From: Candidatus Micrarchaeota archaeon
Lineage (GTDB): Archaea; Micrarchaeota; Micrarchaeia; Micrarchaeales; Micrarchaeaceae
Reading direction: 5' to 3'
Assembly (NCBI GenBank): GCA_027345565.1
Contig: DAHWIF010000001.1
Coordinates: 1-51,098, forward strand
Length of the DNA stretch: 51,098 nt
Below, one piece after another: positions 37,295-47,286 of this stretch; within the stretch, counting starts at the first letter, position 1, and every line of letters starts with the position of its first letter. The notes beneath the pieces are model-generated. The model did no database searches. It had not been told where the DNA came from and saw only the letters and a program-made list of their open reading frames with translations. Position numbers and translations under genes: made by a program.

Positions 37295-37834
37295 TCAGGT
37301 TCTAAGAAGTGGCCTTTTGACCATCAGTACTCTAATCCTATCAGGGTTTTCTGCCGGGTGGTAAAGTTCCGGGTTGGCAACCTGATAGCCGTGGCCCTTG
37401 AAGAAAGCAATCTCATTCTCGTCATCCGCATAAAGGAGAACGTGTACAGTGCTCTTGCCTAGCAAAGAGGCCGACTGCTCGAATTTGCGTAGCAGTTCAG
37501 TGCGGAGCAGGTCCTTTTTGTAGTCCTCTCCGACAAAAAGTATGCTGCACTTTGCATCTTTCGTCTCATCCATTCTGCCTATCAGCACCCCGGCAAGCTT
37601 CCCATCCTGCATGGCTAACCATATCGGTCTGATAGGCTTGCAAAACTCGCCCCTGTGCTCTTTTATCCAGTCGCTGACTCTGGGATGCTGCACCTTCAAG
37701 GCAGACTCAACAAGAGCGAGTGCATCCTTTAGCCCAGACCTGGTGCAAGGTTCGACCTTCACATCGGGCGTTGGTCTCCGCTCCCTTAGTGGCGCAGGCG
37801 GAGCCGTCTCCATAGGAGCGTAATAGCGCAGCAT
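37295..37834 (-). CDS. GNAT-fold acetyltransferase-like protein
   Basis: WLAMQDGKLAGVLIG, LFVGEDYKK...ELL and NEIAFFKGHGY resemble GNAT motifs A and B, but the acetyl-CoA loop is divergent. Confidence 0.65.
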   Translation of the reverse strand: MLRYYAPMETAPPAPLRERRPTPDVKVEPCTRSGLKDALALVESALKVQHPRVSDWIKEHRGEFCKPIRPIWLAMQDGKLAGVLIGRMDETKDAKCSILFVGEDYKKDLLRTELLRKFEQSASLLGKSTVHVLLYADDENEIAFFKGHGYQVANPELYHPAENPDRIRVLMVKRPLLRT

Positions 37835-38054
37835 AGTACCGCAGATATGCTAATTTCAACATATTTATAAACTACTACGATGTTTTTTACGCAGAGCGCC
37901 GAAAATGAGAGCGCACGGGAAGAAGATAAGTTCATCTGATTTAGACTATCCATAAACAAAGCGGCACAGAGCTTTACCTTCAGAAAACCGAAATGAATCC
38001 GAAGCTTTTCCCCCAGTATTTAAATGTTGATTTCCAATGTGTTTGCGTGAGCTC

Positions 38055-39716
38055 ATGAGCAGGACGTGGGATACGAAACGAAAAATACTCGATTTGGTTT
38101 CTGAAAAACAGATGAATGTCAGTGAGATAAGTAGTGCGCTTGGCCTTTCTGTGTCTACTGCAAGCCAGCACCTGGCCGACCTGAAGCGCATAGGCGCGGT
38201 AAGCGAGGTGGATAACCCATTTATCAAGAAGTGGAAGTACTACAAGGCAAACAAGGCGTTTAACGTTGATAACTTTGTAAGAGGGGCGCATATGCATAAT
38301 ACGTACAAGATAGCGATAGGGGCCGCGCTGGTGCTGGTCGCCATCGGCGCGATTGCCGCGCTCGCGCTTTCAAACAGCTCCGGAAACAACATAACGTTCA
38401 GCCTGACAGACCCGCCTGTAGTGCCGAATGGCACAACCGCGCTGTTAATAACCTATTCGTCCGTACAGGCACACGTTGTGGGCAGGAGCAACGCGACAGC
38501 CTCCTCTTGGATCACGGCATCAGGCAACGGCACGTTGGACCTCATGAGCCTTGTCAATGTTACCCAGGTAATAGGCGCGGCGCATGTCAGCGCTAACACG
38601 ACAATAGACACGGTGAGGTTCAATGTCACTTCCGCGAAAATAGTTATAAACGGCACAACCTACAACGTCACCGTCCCCAGCAGCACCGTTACGGCGCGGC
38701 TCAACTCTGCAGCAAGGGCGAACGGCACTACAGACATACTGATAGACCTTTCGCCGGTAGTCGCTTCTATAATCACGAACAACTCAACAGTATTCGTGAT
38801 GGTGCCTTCGGTCAAGGCGATAGTCGTCTCAGGCGCAACATTCCAGATGCATGTGGGTGCGAGAGGCCCGTTGCAGGCGCCCCAGAGAGGCGAGCTTAAG
38901 AACGCTACTCCGATTATGCAGGTAGCCGGGGCATCGATATCGCAGGGCAACGGCACTACCCAGGTAAGCATCACTGTGCGGAACACGGCCAACCAGAGCA
39001 TAATGATAAACCATGTGTCTGTGTTTGGGAACTTCACCATAACCGTGTCGCCGTTCGCTTCCGGCGGAACTGGCATGAATGTGAATGCGATAGCGAGAAT
39101 CGGTAACGCGCCGGGCGCTGGAGCTAATGGAAGCCGTGCACAAGAGCTGAACATAAGCGACCAGGCAGAGCCTCTTGTTATTGATAGTATCGGTGGGTCG
39201 TCGGGCTTCGGCATAGGCGCGTCTGCTAGCGGCAGCGCACGCATGAATGGCGGAAATGCAGTTTCAGTACATTCGAACGTTAACGCCACTGCGAATGCTA
39301 CCGCCTCTTCAGGTGAAAGTGGACAGGGAGGTTACGAAGCGGGGCGGGGCGGGTTTAGGACAGAGGGCAGCGAGGGCATAGAGGTTGTGATTGGTAGAGG
39401 CAACTCTATGCTCAACCAGAGCTTCAATGCGACCGTGCGCAACCTCGTGGACATCGGTGCACGGATGAAGTCAATGCGGGTCGTCACTTTCCTGGTCTCA
39501 TCCAACGGTTCCCTGTTCCTGCCAGCTGCAGAGGACGACTTCTTCAATGAGGGCTTTGTACTGCCCGCAGGTGGCAGCGCGACCCTCACGTTCAATGCAC
39601 CCATTGCATTCGGGAACGGCAGGATCGGCATATCGGCCGTACCTGGCGACAACTACAGCATAGTTGTACAGGGAGAGGAGGGAGCGAGGGTCGACACCAG
39701 CGTTGCGGCTAAGTGA
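38055..39716 (+). CDS. ArsR-type HTH fused to a TM helix and a large Asn/Thr-rich extracellular domain (DUF4382-like)
   Basis: TKRKILDLV...SEISSALGLSVSTASQHLADL, TM IAIGAALVLVAIGAIAALAL, SLTDPP motif and many N-x-S/T sequons. Start CGTGA + 4 nt + ATG. Confidence 0.8.
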   Translation: MSRTWDTKRKILDLVSEKQMNVSEISSALGLSVSTASQHLADLKRIGAVSEVDNPFIKKWKYYKANKAFNVDNFVRGAHMHNTYKIAIGAALVLVAIGAIAALALSNSSGNNITFSLTDPPVVPNGTTALLITYSSVQAHVVGRSNATASSWITASGNGTLDLMSLVNVTQVIGAAHVSANTTIDTVRFNVTSAKIVINGTTYNVTVPSSTVTARLNSAARANGTTDILIDLSPVVASIITNNSTVFVMVPSVKAIVVSGATFQMHVGARGPLQAPQRGELKNATPIMQVAGASISQGNGTTQVSITVRNTANQSIMINHVSVFGNFTITVSPFASGGTGMNVNAIARIGNAPGAGANGSRAQELNISDQAEPLVIDSIGGSSGFGIGASASGSARMNGGNAVSVHSNVNATANATASSGESGQGGYEAGRGGFRTEGSEGIEVVIGRGNSMLNQSFNATVRNLVDIGARMKSMRVVTFLVSSNGSLFLPAAEDDFFNEGFVLPAGGSATLTFNAPIAFGNGRIGISAVPGDNYSIVVQGEEGARVDTSVAAK

Positions 39717-39789
39717 ACACATAACCAGCGTAGCCAAGCTCTGACAACGTGCAGGCCAGCCCCGCCTTGCCAAACCACGCAAGCCAAGC

Positions 39790-41220
39790 CTATCGCGCTT
39801 CCGGGTGGACGACCTTTGCGCCACGCTGCTCCCTGCCCCTCATGGCTGAGAGCGCAGCAGCTACTACAAGTATGAATACAGATATTATGAAAACAGCATG
39901 CATGCCATCAACGAACTCCGCAGATATGTGCCCAGTGAGGTCTGACGTGCCGAGGAATACCTGGAAGGCAACGTTCCTCGTTATGGCCAATGCCGCTATT
40001 GTTACAGTCATCACGAAGCTGCCAAGCATGCCTATGCTGGAGAGGGTCCTGAGCAGCCCGTTTAGCATTCCGTACGTGCCCTCGGTAGCGTTCGCCATCA
40101 CCGCGCTGGTATTAGCCGGGAAGAACATCGCGGTGCCGAGTCCGGTCAGCACCGTAACTATTATTATGAAGTAGTAGGGACTTGTCGCAGTTATTGTAAT
40201 ATAGGCGAGCGCGGCAATCACCATGAGCAGTATCCCCGTCGTTGCTATAACCCTGGCACCGGCCTTGTCAGACAGCCTGCCCATGTACGGCCCGGTAAGG
40301 CCGCTCGCCACATAGCCTGGTATCAGCAGCAGCGCAGCATTGAGCGGGCTTAGCCCTCTCACCCCCTGCAGGTACATTATGACTATGAAGGTCACCGCAA
40401 GGAAGCCGAGGCTCTGCAGGAACGCTGCCATTATCGAGTTGAAGATTATCCTCCTCTTGAAAACCGCCATATTTATCGTCGGGAACTTCACGCGCTTCTC
40501 TATGAGTATGAAAACCGGCAGGAGGAGGAAACCGACAGCGAGCATCACGACGTTGTAGACCGTGGCGCCGGTGAAGCCTATGCCGGTGGCGCCTAGCGCA
40601 ATCAGCAGCAGCATTGCGCTAAGCACAGCTACCCCCTTTATGTCAAGCGGCTCGTGCTTGCGCTCTGAAGACCTTATGTACTTGAAGCCGAGATAAAGTG
40701 CCACGGCCCCTATAGGCACGTTTATGTAGAATATGTACGGCCAGCCTACGAATGTGGTGAGGATCCCGCCGAGAACTATGCCAAGGACTGCACCTATGCT
40801 CCAACCGAGCGATAGGAAGCCGAACGCCTTGCCCCTGTGCTGCCTCTCAAAGGTATCGGCTATTATCGCGCCGCTGTTTGCCGATATGAAGGCGCCACCG
40901 GTGCCCTGTATGACCCTGGCTATGATTAGCATGTAGATGCTGGACGATGCGCCGCTCAGCGCAGAGCCCACGATGAAAACGAGGAAACCTATGTTGAATA
41001 TCTTGCCTCTGCCGTAAATGTCTCCGATCCTGCCGAGCTGCGTTGTCATCACCGCGAGCACCATCAGGTACGATAGTATGACCCACAGGCTGCTTGCGAG
41101 GTTGGTGTGCAGCGAGTTTGTGATGTCAGGTATGGCCAGCAGCACGATTGTCGTGTCTATCGCCGCCATCAGCGTGCCAAGCACTACGACCACAAGTATG
41201 CTCCTCTGCGCTGTTGTCAT
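39790..41220 (-). CDS. MFS transporter (DHA2/EmrB-like, 14 TM)
   Basis: AIDTTIV, GRIGDIYGR, WPYIFYINVPIG and GRLSDKAG. Confidence 0.93.
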   Translation of the reverse strand: MTTAQRSILVVVVLGTLMAAIDTTIVLLAIPDITNSLHTNLASSLWVILSYLMVLAVMTTQLGRIGDIYGRGKIFNIGFLVFIVGSALSGASSSIYMLIIARVIQGTGGAFISANSGAIIADTFERQHRGKAFGFLSLGWSIGAVLGIVLGGILTTFVGWPYIFYINVPIGAVALYLGFKYIRSSERKHEPLDIKGVAVLSAMLLLIALGATGIGFTGATVYNVVMLAVGFLLLPVFILIEKRVKFPTINMAVFKRRIIFNSIMAAFLQSLGFLAVTFIVIMYLQGVRGLSPLNAALLLIPGYVASGLTGPYMGRLSDKAGARVIATTGILLMVIAALAYITITATSPYYFIIIVTVLTGLGTAMFFPANTSAVMANATEGTYGMLNGLLRTLSSIGMLGSFVMTVTIAALAITRNVAFQVFLGTSDLTGHISAEFVDGMHAVFIISVFILVVAAALSAMRGREQRGAKVVHPEAR

Positions 41221-41280
41221 CCTGCTCTGCGTATGCTCTATGCTGCCCGGCAGATCATCACTTGTGCGATGTAATCAACA

Positions 41281-42357
41281 TCAAAGTTCTAATATTTTGC
41301 TGAGCCCGCCTGCGCTGTCGAATGAGACGCCCGAGCATGCCTTCCTTATCCTGTTCATTATCGCCAGTCCTATGCCAATCTCGTCGAACGCCTCTATTAT
41401 GCCGAAAGCCACCTTCAATGAGTCGAGCGCTATTATCCCGTCATACAGATTCTTCGCTATACTGTATGGGTCAGATCTATCACCGAGTGCTATCGTGCTG
41501 CAGCCAAGCGCCTCAGAGACCACGCCGCATGATCCTGTAGAGCCTATAAAGGCGAATGGCGGCAGGTCGGTGATCCCGCCAAGCAGGGCTGCCAGCTCCT
41601 CGGCAGAGCCGCCGAACAGCAGCAACTTAGTCATAGGAGCATAATGCGCGTACTTGACCCCCGGGCTGATGGCGACCTCGCTGTGCGCCATGCCCCTGGT
41701 CACCGCGTCTACTTTTGGCATGTGCCCAAATGCCTTTTCTATCTCCTCCAGAGTGAACGGCCCAGGCCTCAGCACCGTGAAGCTCTCGAGGTCTATCACC
41801 GTCGACTCGACTCCGAAGAAAGCCGCGCCTGAGTCTATTATGCACTCTACCTTGCCGTCGAAGTAGCTTATCGCCCGGCCGGCGTTCGTGGCGCTGGGCC
41901 TGCCTGAGGGGTTTGCGCTGGGCGCAGCTATCGGCCCGCACTCTGATATCAGCCCAAGCGCTACCGGGTGCGCCGGCATCCTCACAGCGACTGTATCCAA
42001 GCCGCCGGTTACCGCCTTCGGAAGCGTGCCGTTCGACTTTGCAATGAATGTTATCGGCGACGGCCAGACCCTCCTTATGTCGTCGCGGTGCCGTGCTGGT
42101 ATAGATGCGATACCCTCCGCCATCTCCAACGATGACACGTGCACTATCAACGGGTTGTCGGCCGGCCTGCCTTTGAGCGCGAAAATCCTCATGCAAGCGG
42201 CTCCATCGAATGCGTTCGCACCTATGCCGTAAACCGTCTCTGTCGGGAATACGACTATGCCGCCCCTTTTTACGATTCCGGACGCTTCAGCTATAGCCCC
42301 CGTGTCAGGATTGACCGGATCTATCCGAAGTTTCCTTGTAAGCAAAAGATGCACCAT
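41281..42357 (-). CDS. sua5: L-threonylcarbamoyladenylate synthase Sua5
   Basis: FPTETVYG, KGRPADNPLIVH, APSANPSG, and C-terminal SUA5 domain SPG..Y.HYAP / AIMNRIRKA. Confidence 0.95.
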   Translation of the reverse strand: MVHLLLTRKLRIDPVNPDTGAIAEASGIVKRGGIVVFPTETVYGIGANAFDGAACMRIFALKGRPADNPLIVHVSSLEMAEGIASIPARHRDDIRRVWPSPITFIAKSNGTLPKAVTGGLDTVAVRMPAHPVALGLISECGPIAAPSANPSGRPSATNAGRAISYFDGKVECIIDSGAAFFGVESTVIDLESFTVLRPGPFTLEEIEKAFGHMPKVDAVTRGMAHSEVAISPGVKYAHYAPMTKLLLFGGSAEELAALLGGITDLPPFAFIGSTGSCGVVSEALGCSTIALGDRSDPYSIAKNLYDGIIALDSLKVAFGIIEAFDEIGIGLAIMNRIRKACSGVSFDSAGGLSKILEL

Positions 42358-42388
42358 CCGCGATTGTAGCTGTTGAGCAAAACGATGC

Positions 42389-43039
42389 TCATACGATTCT
42401 CAGTATCCGGTAGCCGGATTGATTGATGGCGCCAAGCCGTATCTCCATCATCCTCTTGCGCTTCACCTCCAGCAGCATGTTGGAGCGGTAGAACGACTCC
42501 AGGCTGCCCCTATCCCAACTTCCAGGGGCCTCGGGCGCCAATATTATGCTGCTGTCATAAAAAGGGACTTTCGCAGGGCTAAGCGCTCCTGCCAGGCCAG
42601 CAAGTGAGTGGTCCCTTCTTATCCTCTCGATATCGGCCAAGCCGATCGAAAACCCAATTGACGATATTGCGCTGGCGAGCGCAGCGTCCTGCATCTCCCT
42701 ATGCGTCGATTCGTCGTGGTAGACGCCTGAACCACAAAGCAGCATGCGGCTGGTTCTACCAACCTTCTTCTTTAGAAGCTCGACGATGTCGGGGTTCCTT
42801 TCCAGGTGCTCCAAAAACGACCTTTCATATGCACCGAACAGCTCGTTATGGCCTACCAGCCCGTCTTTTTCCACAGCCCACACGATTCTCCAGTTGCCTG
42901 CGCCATAGATGCTGTCGAGCCTTTTGAAATAATCCATCCTCTCTGCAGCGTCAGCATACACAGCCCTTGTTACGACCTGCCATTCGCCATTGATGGACGA
43001 ATACCGTCTAGCAAACGCCGGCACCACCATTAAACCCAT
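42389..43039 (-). CDS. Hypothetical protein
   Basis: 216-aa ORF filling the gap between HAD and sua5; no nameable domain. Confidence 0.65.
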   Translation of the reverse strand: MGLMVVPAFARRYSSINGEWQVVTRAVYADAAERMDYFKRLDSIYGAGNWRIVWAVEKDGLVGHNELFGAYERSFLEHLERNPDIVELLKKKVGRTSRMLLCGSGVYHDESTHREMQDAALASAISSIGFSIGLADIERIRRDHSLAGLAGALSPAKVPFYDSSIILAPEAPGSWDRGSLESFYRSNMLLEVKRKRMMEIRLGAINQSGYRILRIV

Positions 43040-43082
43040 ATTGGTGCTCCATTAAGATATATTAGCATTTCGCGCGCTATCG

Positions 43083-43769
43083 TTACTGTCTTAGTACTGC
43101 CTTCATTATCCTGCCCCTGTCCTTTATGCTGTCAACGACCTCGTCCGCCCCTGCAGAAACCAGCTCGTCTCTGCCGTACCTGCCGGACGCGATGCCTATC
43201 ACGTTCGCGTTGGCGGATTTTGCGCCCCTGATCAGGCCTGGATGGCTGGCCAAGACCCAGACAGTCGCGCCGCCATCAAGGCCGAACTCAGATTTAGCCC
43301 TGGATATCGCCTTCTCGACAATCGCCTTGAAGTCCGTTTCCCTGTTGCCGTATTCGCCGAGCTTGAAGTACTCTGAAAGGTTAGCCCTTTGAAGCTTGTT
43401 CCTTACAACGTCCTCTATGTCGCCAGTGACGATGCCTACCAGCGTCCCCTCCTTAGCGAGCGCATCGAGCAGCTGCTTTGAGCCGTCCAGCACCGTTATA
43501 GGGTCGCGCCCCGTCACGTTGTAGTATGAATACCCGAGCTCTTCCGCACAGCTCTCAAGGCGCGCTCCGATCTCCTCCTTAGAGACGCCGTTCTTTTCGA
43601 GTATGTCTGCTATCATGATTTGCGCCGGGACGCCCTCATAATCCTCAAGCCTGAACTGCACCTCAAGGCCATACTTGCTCCTTATCGCCTCGAACACATA
43701 TTCTGACACGTCACGTTGGTCCTTCAGGATGGTGTTGTTTACGTCTATCAGAATCAAGCGTCCGGTCAT
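43083..43769 (-). CDS. HAD-superfamily hydrolase-like protein (degenerate motifs)
   Basis: LILIDVNNTIL, GIVTG and ELVSAGADEV; motif IV Asp is absent. Start at ATG 43769. Confidence 0.75.
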   Translation of the reverse strand: MTGRLILIDVNNTILKDQRDVSEYVFEAIRSKYGLEVQFRLEDYEGVPAQIMIADILEKNGVSKEEIGARLESCAEELGYSYYNVTGRDPITVLDGSKQLLDALAKEGTLVGIVTGDIEDVVRNKLQRANLSEYFKLGEYGNRETDFKAIVEKAISRAKSEFGLDGGATVWVLASHPGLIRGAKSANANVIGIASGRYGRDELVSAGADEVVDSIKDRGRIMKAVLRQ

Positions 43770-43840
43770 GCTATCCCTTGTTATAACCTTGGAAAACAAT
43801 TAAAATATATCGCATTTGAACCGCATACCGGTGTGGTAAA

Positions 43841-44425
43841 TTGAAAGGGCTGTACATTAAGCATGAGGAAAGGTTCGGGACCGTCCTATCCCACCTATAC
43901 TCTGCATTTTCGAACATAAAGAACATGAGGGAATTCTATGGTTTTATAATAGACGACTTGAGAGAAACCCGGTTCAGGTCAATTCTTGATGTTGGCACCG
44001 GTCCGGGCGTGGTCCCAATAGCGCTGTCGGAGCTCAAAAGCGCAAAGATATACGCAATTGACCCTTCGAAAAGCATGATAGCCATAGCGAAAAGGAAGGC
44101 AGGCAATTCCAAAAAAATAGATTTCGCGTTGGGCTCAAGCAGGCACATCCCTTTCAAGGCGGAATTTGACCTGATAGTATCTAGCTTGTCTTTCCACCAT
44201 TGGGAGAAGAAGAGGGAATCGCTGCAGTACCTGAAGAAATTCTTGACAAAAAGGGGCCAGATAAGGATATACGAGCTGCAGAGGAAAAGGAAGTTCATGC
44301 TTCCCGGGCTCGGTTCTCATACGTTGGATCCCAGCGAGGCGATTGTTGTCGCAAAATCCAGCGGATTGAGGGTCACAAGAATAAAGAGAAGGGATGGTTT
44401 TATATGCTTGACGATGAAACCTTAG
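43841..44425 (+). CDS. Class I SAM-dependent methyltransferase
   Basis: ILDVGTGPG, AIDPSKSM and FDLIVSSLSFHHW. Confidence 0.92.
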   Translation: MKGLYIKHEERFGTVLSHLYSAFSNIKNMREFYGFIIDDLRETRFRSILDVGTGPGVVPIALSELKSAKIYAIDPSKSMIAIAKRKAGNSKKIDFALGSSRHIPFKAEFDLIVSSLSFHHWEKKRESLQYLKKFLTKRGQIRIYELQRKRKFMLPGLGSHTLDPSEAIVVAKSSGLRVTRIKRRDGFICLTMKP

Positions 44426-44437
44426 TGTTGTGATTTT

Positions 44438-44782
44438 ATGATGCCGAACCTAGACCCCCGGGCATTGAAGGATATGATGGCCAAGATGGGGATAAAGACG
44501 AGCGAGATAGATGCGCAGAGCGTCACCATACACTGCACCGACAAGGACCTGGTGATAACGAACCCGCAGGTGACGAGGATAGAGGCGCAGGGCTCGGTGA
44601 GCTTCCAAGTAGTTGGAAACGTTCAGGAGAAGATGCCCCTCGCAACTACAGAGATAACCGACGATGACATAAAGTTCGTGATGGAGAAGACGGGAGTTAG
44701 CGACAAAGAGAGAGTGCGCACAGCGCTCAGGGCATCCAACGGCGACCTCGCAGCGGCGATACTGGCTCTCACAGAGAAGTGA
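44438..44782 (+). CDS. nac: Nascent polypeptide-associated complex protein
   Basis: MMAKMGI, NPQVT, FQVVG and C-terminal UBA-like NGDLAAAIL. Confidence 0.93.
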   Translation: MMPNLDPRALKDMMAKMGIKTSEIDAQSVTIHCTDKDLVITNPQVTRIEAQGSVSFQVVGNVQEKMPLATTEITDDDIKFVMEKTGVSDKERVRTALRASNGDLAAAILALTEK

Positions 44783-44786
44783 TCCA

Positions 44787-45398
44787 TTGGTCAAGCTCTT
44801 CATCTTCGACGTGGGCAGTGTGATCACCACAGGGTCGCGATACGCAGAGATCAACGCCCGCATCTCGAAGGTGTTCAAGGTCGACAAAAGCGAGATCCAC
44901 AGGTCCCTTGCGCCGCTTTACGATGCTGCGCAGAATGGAAGGATGAGCTCATCAGTATTCTGGAAAAGGTTTGCGGAAGGGCTGGGCGTAGATTCGCCGA
45001 AACGCCTCAGGGCCGAGTACACAAAGGTCTTCATGGACCGTCCGCCGAGCAGCGGCATCAACCCTGGCGTCCGCAAGGTAATAAAGCTGCTAAAGAGGAG
45101 GGGGTATAAGGTCGTGGCTCTGTCAAACACCGTGATGACCAACGAACCGCTCCACCGCGAGCTCGGCCACTACAAGCATCTCGATAGGGTATTCCTCTCG
45201 CATAGGATAAAGGCCGCAAAGCCTGACAAGCGTGCGTTCTTGCATGTGCTAAAAACAATGAAAATCACGCCCAAAGACGCGGTATTCATAGATGACCAAG
45301 CAGCGAACGTAGGTTCCGCACGTCGGCTCGGAATCCATGCAATACTTTTCAAAAATACGGGGCAGCTGAAAAAGGAGCTGCGCCGGTACCTAGCTTAA
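44787..45398 (+). CDS. HAD family phosphatase (YihX-like)
   Basis: FIFDVGSV, ALSNT, KPD and VFIDD. Confidence 0.88.
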   Translation: MVKLFIFDVGSVITTGSRYAEINARISKVFKVDKSEIHRSLAPLYDAAQNGRMSSSVFWKRFAEGLGVDSPKRLRAEYTKVFMDRPPSSGINPGVRKVIKLLKRRGYKVVALSNTVMTNEPLHRELGHYKHLDRVFLSHRIKAAKPDKRAFLHVLKTMKITPKDAVFIDDQAANVGSARRLGIHAILFKNTGQLKKELRRYLA

Positions 45399-45416
45399 AG
45401 GCCGTTCAGCACAACA

Positions 45417-45731
45417 CTATCCCCTGAGCTCTACCTTGTACGCATGGGCGTACGGCACGCCCTTTATCGTCTTAATATGCCCTTTTTCTATGATCCTGTG
45501 CTTTATCGCAACATCCACAGACTCCTCGCCAACCACGTTGGCTGATACGATCTCAGTTGCCGGTACATCCGGGAACTGCGACGGCACTATGAGCGATCCG
45601 TTATAGAAGTCTGAGTAGGTCTTCAGGTCCATCACCGCTTTGCCGTCCTCCAGCACCTTGCCGATTAGCGACTCGTCGCACATCGCTATTATCTTGCCGT
45701 TCTCGGTGTTGTGCACTTTTACGTAGATCAA
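45417..45731 (-). CDS. DUF424 family protein
   Basis: IIAMCDESLIGK, FYNG, ANVVGEESV and IKGVPYA. Confidence 0.85.
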   Translation of the reverse strand: MIYVKVHNTENGKIIAMCDESLIGKVLEDGKAVMDLKTYSDFYNGSLIVPSQFPDVPATEIVSANVVGEESVDVAIKHRIIEKGHIKTIKGVPYAHAYKVELRG

Positions 45732-45735
45732 CGAA

Positions 45736-47286
45736 TCATCCGTACATGTAGAACAGCACTGTTGAGAAGAGGTAGAGGATCCCGTAAGTGCTGAGCCACA
45801 TCCAGCTTATGATGTTGTTAGTCAGGAAAGCGATTACGCCCATTGAGAGCAGCGACGCGCTCAGCACTATCTCGGTCTTCGTATTGGAGAGCGCATAGAG
45901 CACATTTCGCCTCTGCCTGCCGCCGCCCCTGACGCTCTGCCAAAGCGGGCTTTTGCCCCATATCGCGGCGATAGCCGCCTTCGCCCTCGCTATCGCCAGC
46001 GCGAAGTTGAGCACAAACACCATCGCGCCTTTCTTCACCGACCCGAAATACACTTTGGTCAGCACGACAGGCGCTATCATCGAGAGCACGAACGCTATGC
46101 CTCCGAAGAGCTCCAGGTACCTGGTTATGTAGGTCGCCCGGAAGAACTGCGTTATCGTGAGGTGCATGAACGGCAGCGTAGAGAAGGCTATGAAGACGGA
46201 AAGCATAGTGAAAAGTATAAGGACAATCGAGAGGTAGTTCAATCCGAAGCCGTGGCTGTAGTAGTCCATGGCAGCCCAAGGCGACAGCCTTTTCGAGTCA
46301 GAGCTCCTCTTCATGAAGTAGCGTATGAACTGCGTGTCGCCGTAATTGTACCTCCACTGCTGCTTCACGAGCGAGCTGTACTTCAGCATAGGCCTTCCGA
46401 GCGCATACACCTTCGGTATGTGTATGCTCTTGTAGTTATGCAGGTCGCACTCCAAGCTGAAGAATGTATCCTCTATAACATATTCTGGGAATCCCCCTAT
46501 ATCATCAAGCACGGATTTCCGTATCACGCCGCACGAACCTGCGAATATGGCGGTGTTGTTGAGCGCCCTGTGGGGCTGTATGAACCTGAAGAAGAAGCCG
46601 TCGAAGAGGTCTACGGCTTCAGAGAAGACAGAGCCGCGCTCTGACCTCTTTTCAGTCTGCACGTAAGCCATCTTGCTGTCGCCGAAGTAGGGCAGCACCT
46701 CCCTTAGGAGGCTCCTGTCAACCAGGCGTTCGTCCGCATCCATCACCGCCACGAACTCCTCCCTGCACTCCTTCAGCATGTTGTTCATAGCGCCGGCCTT
46801 GTAGCCACGCCTGCTATCCCTATGGATGAACCTAATCCCATTCACCGAGCAGAAGCTCTCCAGCGCCTCGACTGTCGTTCGATCTGTCGAGTCATCCAGC
46901 ATGTAGAATCTCATCTTGCTTTTCGGGTAGTCCATGCCGAACAGCGCGGTCATGTTCCTCTTTACCAGCTCCGGGTCCTCGTTGAAGACAGGCATGACCA
47001 CCGCTACGCTAGGCAGCCTGCGCAGGGGCTTGAGCCCCTTCTTTATCTCCTTGAGGCGCGTATCGTAGAAATATGACCTGAAGTATGATATCGAGGCGTA
47101 GATGTTGAAGAAACCCGCGAATACGGCAAGGGAGAGGAACGCGATTGCAAGGAAGAAGGTGTACGATGAGTTCACCTCCATGAACATGTATATCGAGAAT
47201 ATGATGCTTGCCACGGAAAGCACGAAGAAGATCGACACCGTGGCTAACCTGACAGCTACGCCCCAGCTCAGATATTTCTTCCACAT
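45736..47286 (-). CDS. Multi-TM GT2 glycosyltransferase (cellulose synthase-like)
   Basis: PVFNE, LDDS, YKAGAMN, DAD, FAGS, IED and QQWRY, with flanking TM helices. Confidence 0.88.
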   Translation of the reverse strand: MWKKYLSWGVAVRLATVSIFFVLSVASIIFSIYMFMEVNSSYTFFLAIAFLSLAVFAGFFNIYASISYFRSYFYDTRLKEIKKGLKPLRRLPSVAVVMPVFNEDPELVKRNMTALFGMDYPKSKMRFYMLDDSTDRTTVEALESFCSVNGIRFIHRDSRRGYKAGAMNNMLKECREEFVAVMDADERLVDRSLLREVLPYFGDSKMAYVQTEKRSERGSVFSEAVDLFDGFFFRFIQPHRALNNTAIFAGSCGVIRKSVLDDIGGFPEYVIEDTFFSLECDLHNYKSIHIPKVYALGRPMLKYSSLVKQQWRYNYGDTQFIRYFMKRSSDSKRLSPWAAMDYYSHGFGLNYLSIVLILFTMLSVFIAFSTLPFMHLTITQFFRATYITRYLELFGGIAFVLSMIAPVVLTKVYFGSVKKGAMVFVLNFALAIARAKAAIAAIWGKSPLWQSVRGGGRQRRNVLYALSNTKTEIVLSASLLSMGVIAFLTNNIISWMWLSTYGILYLFSTVLFYMYG

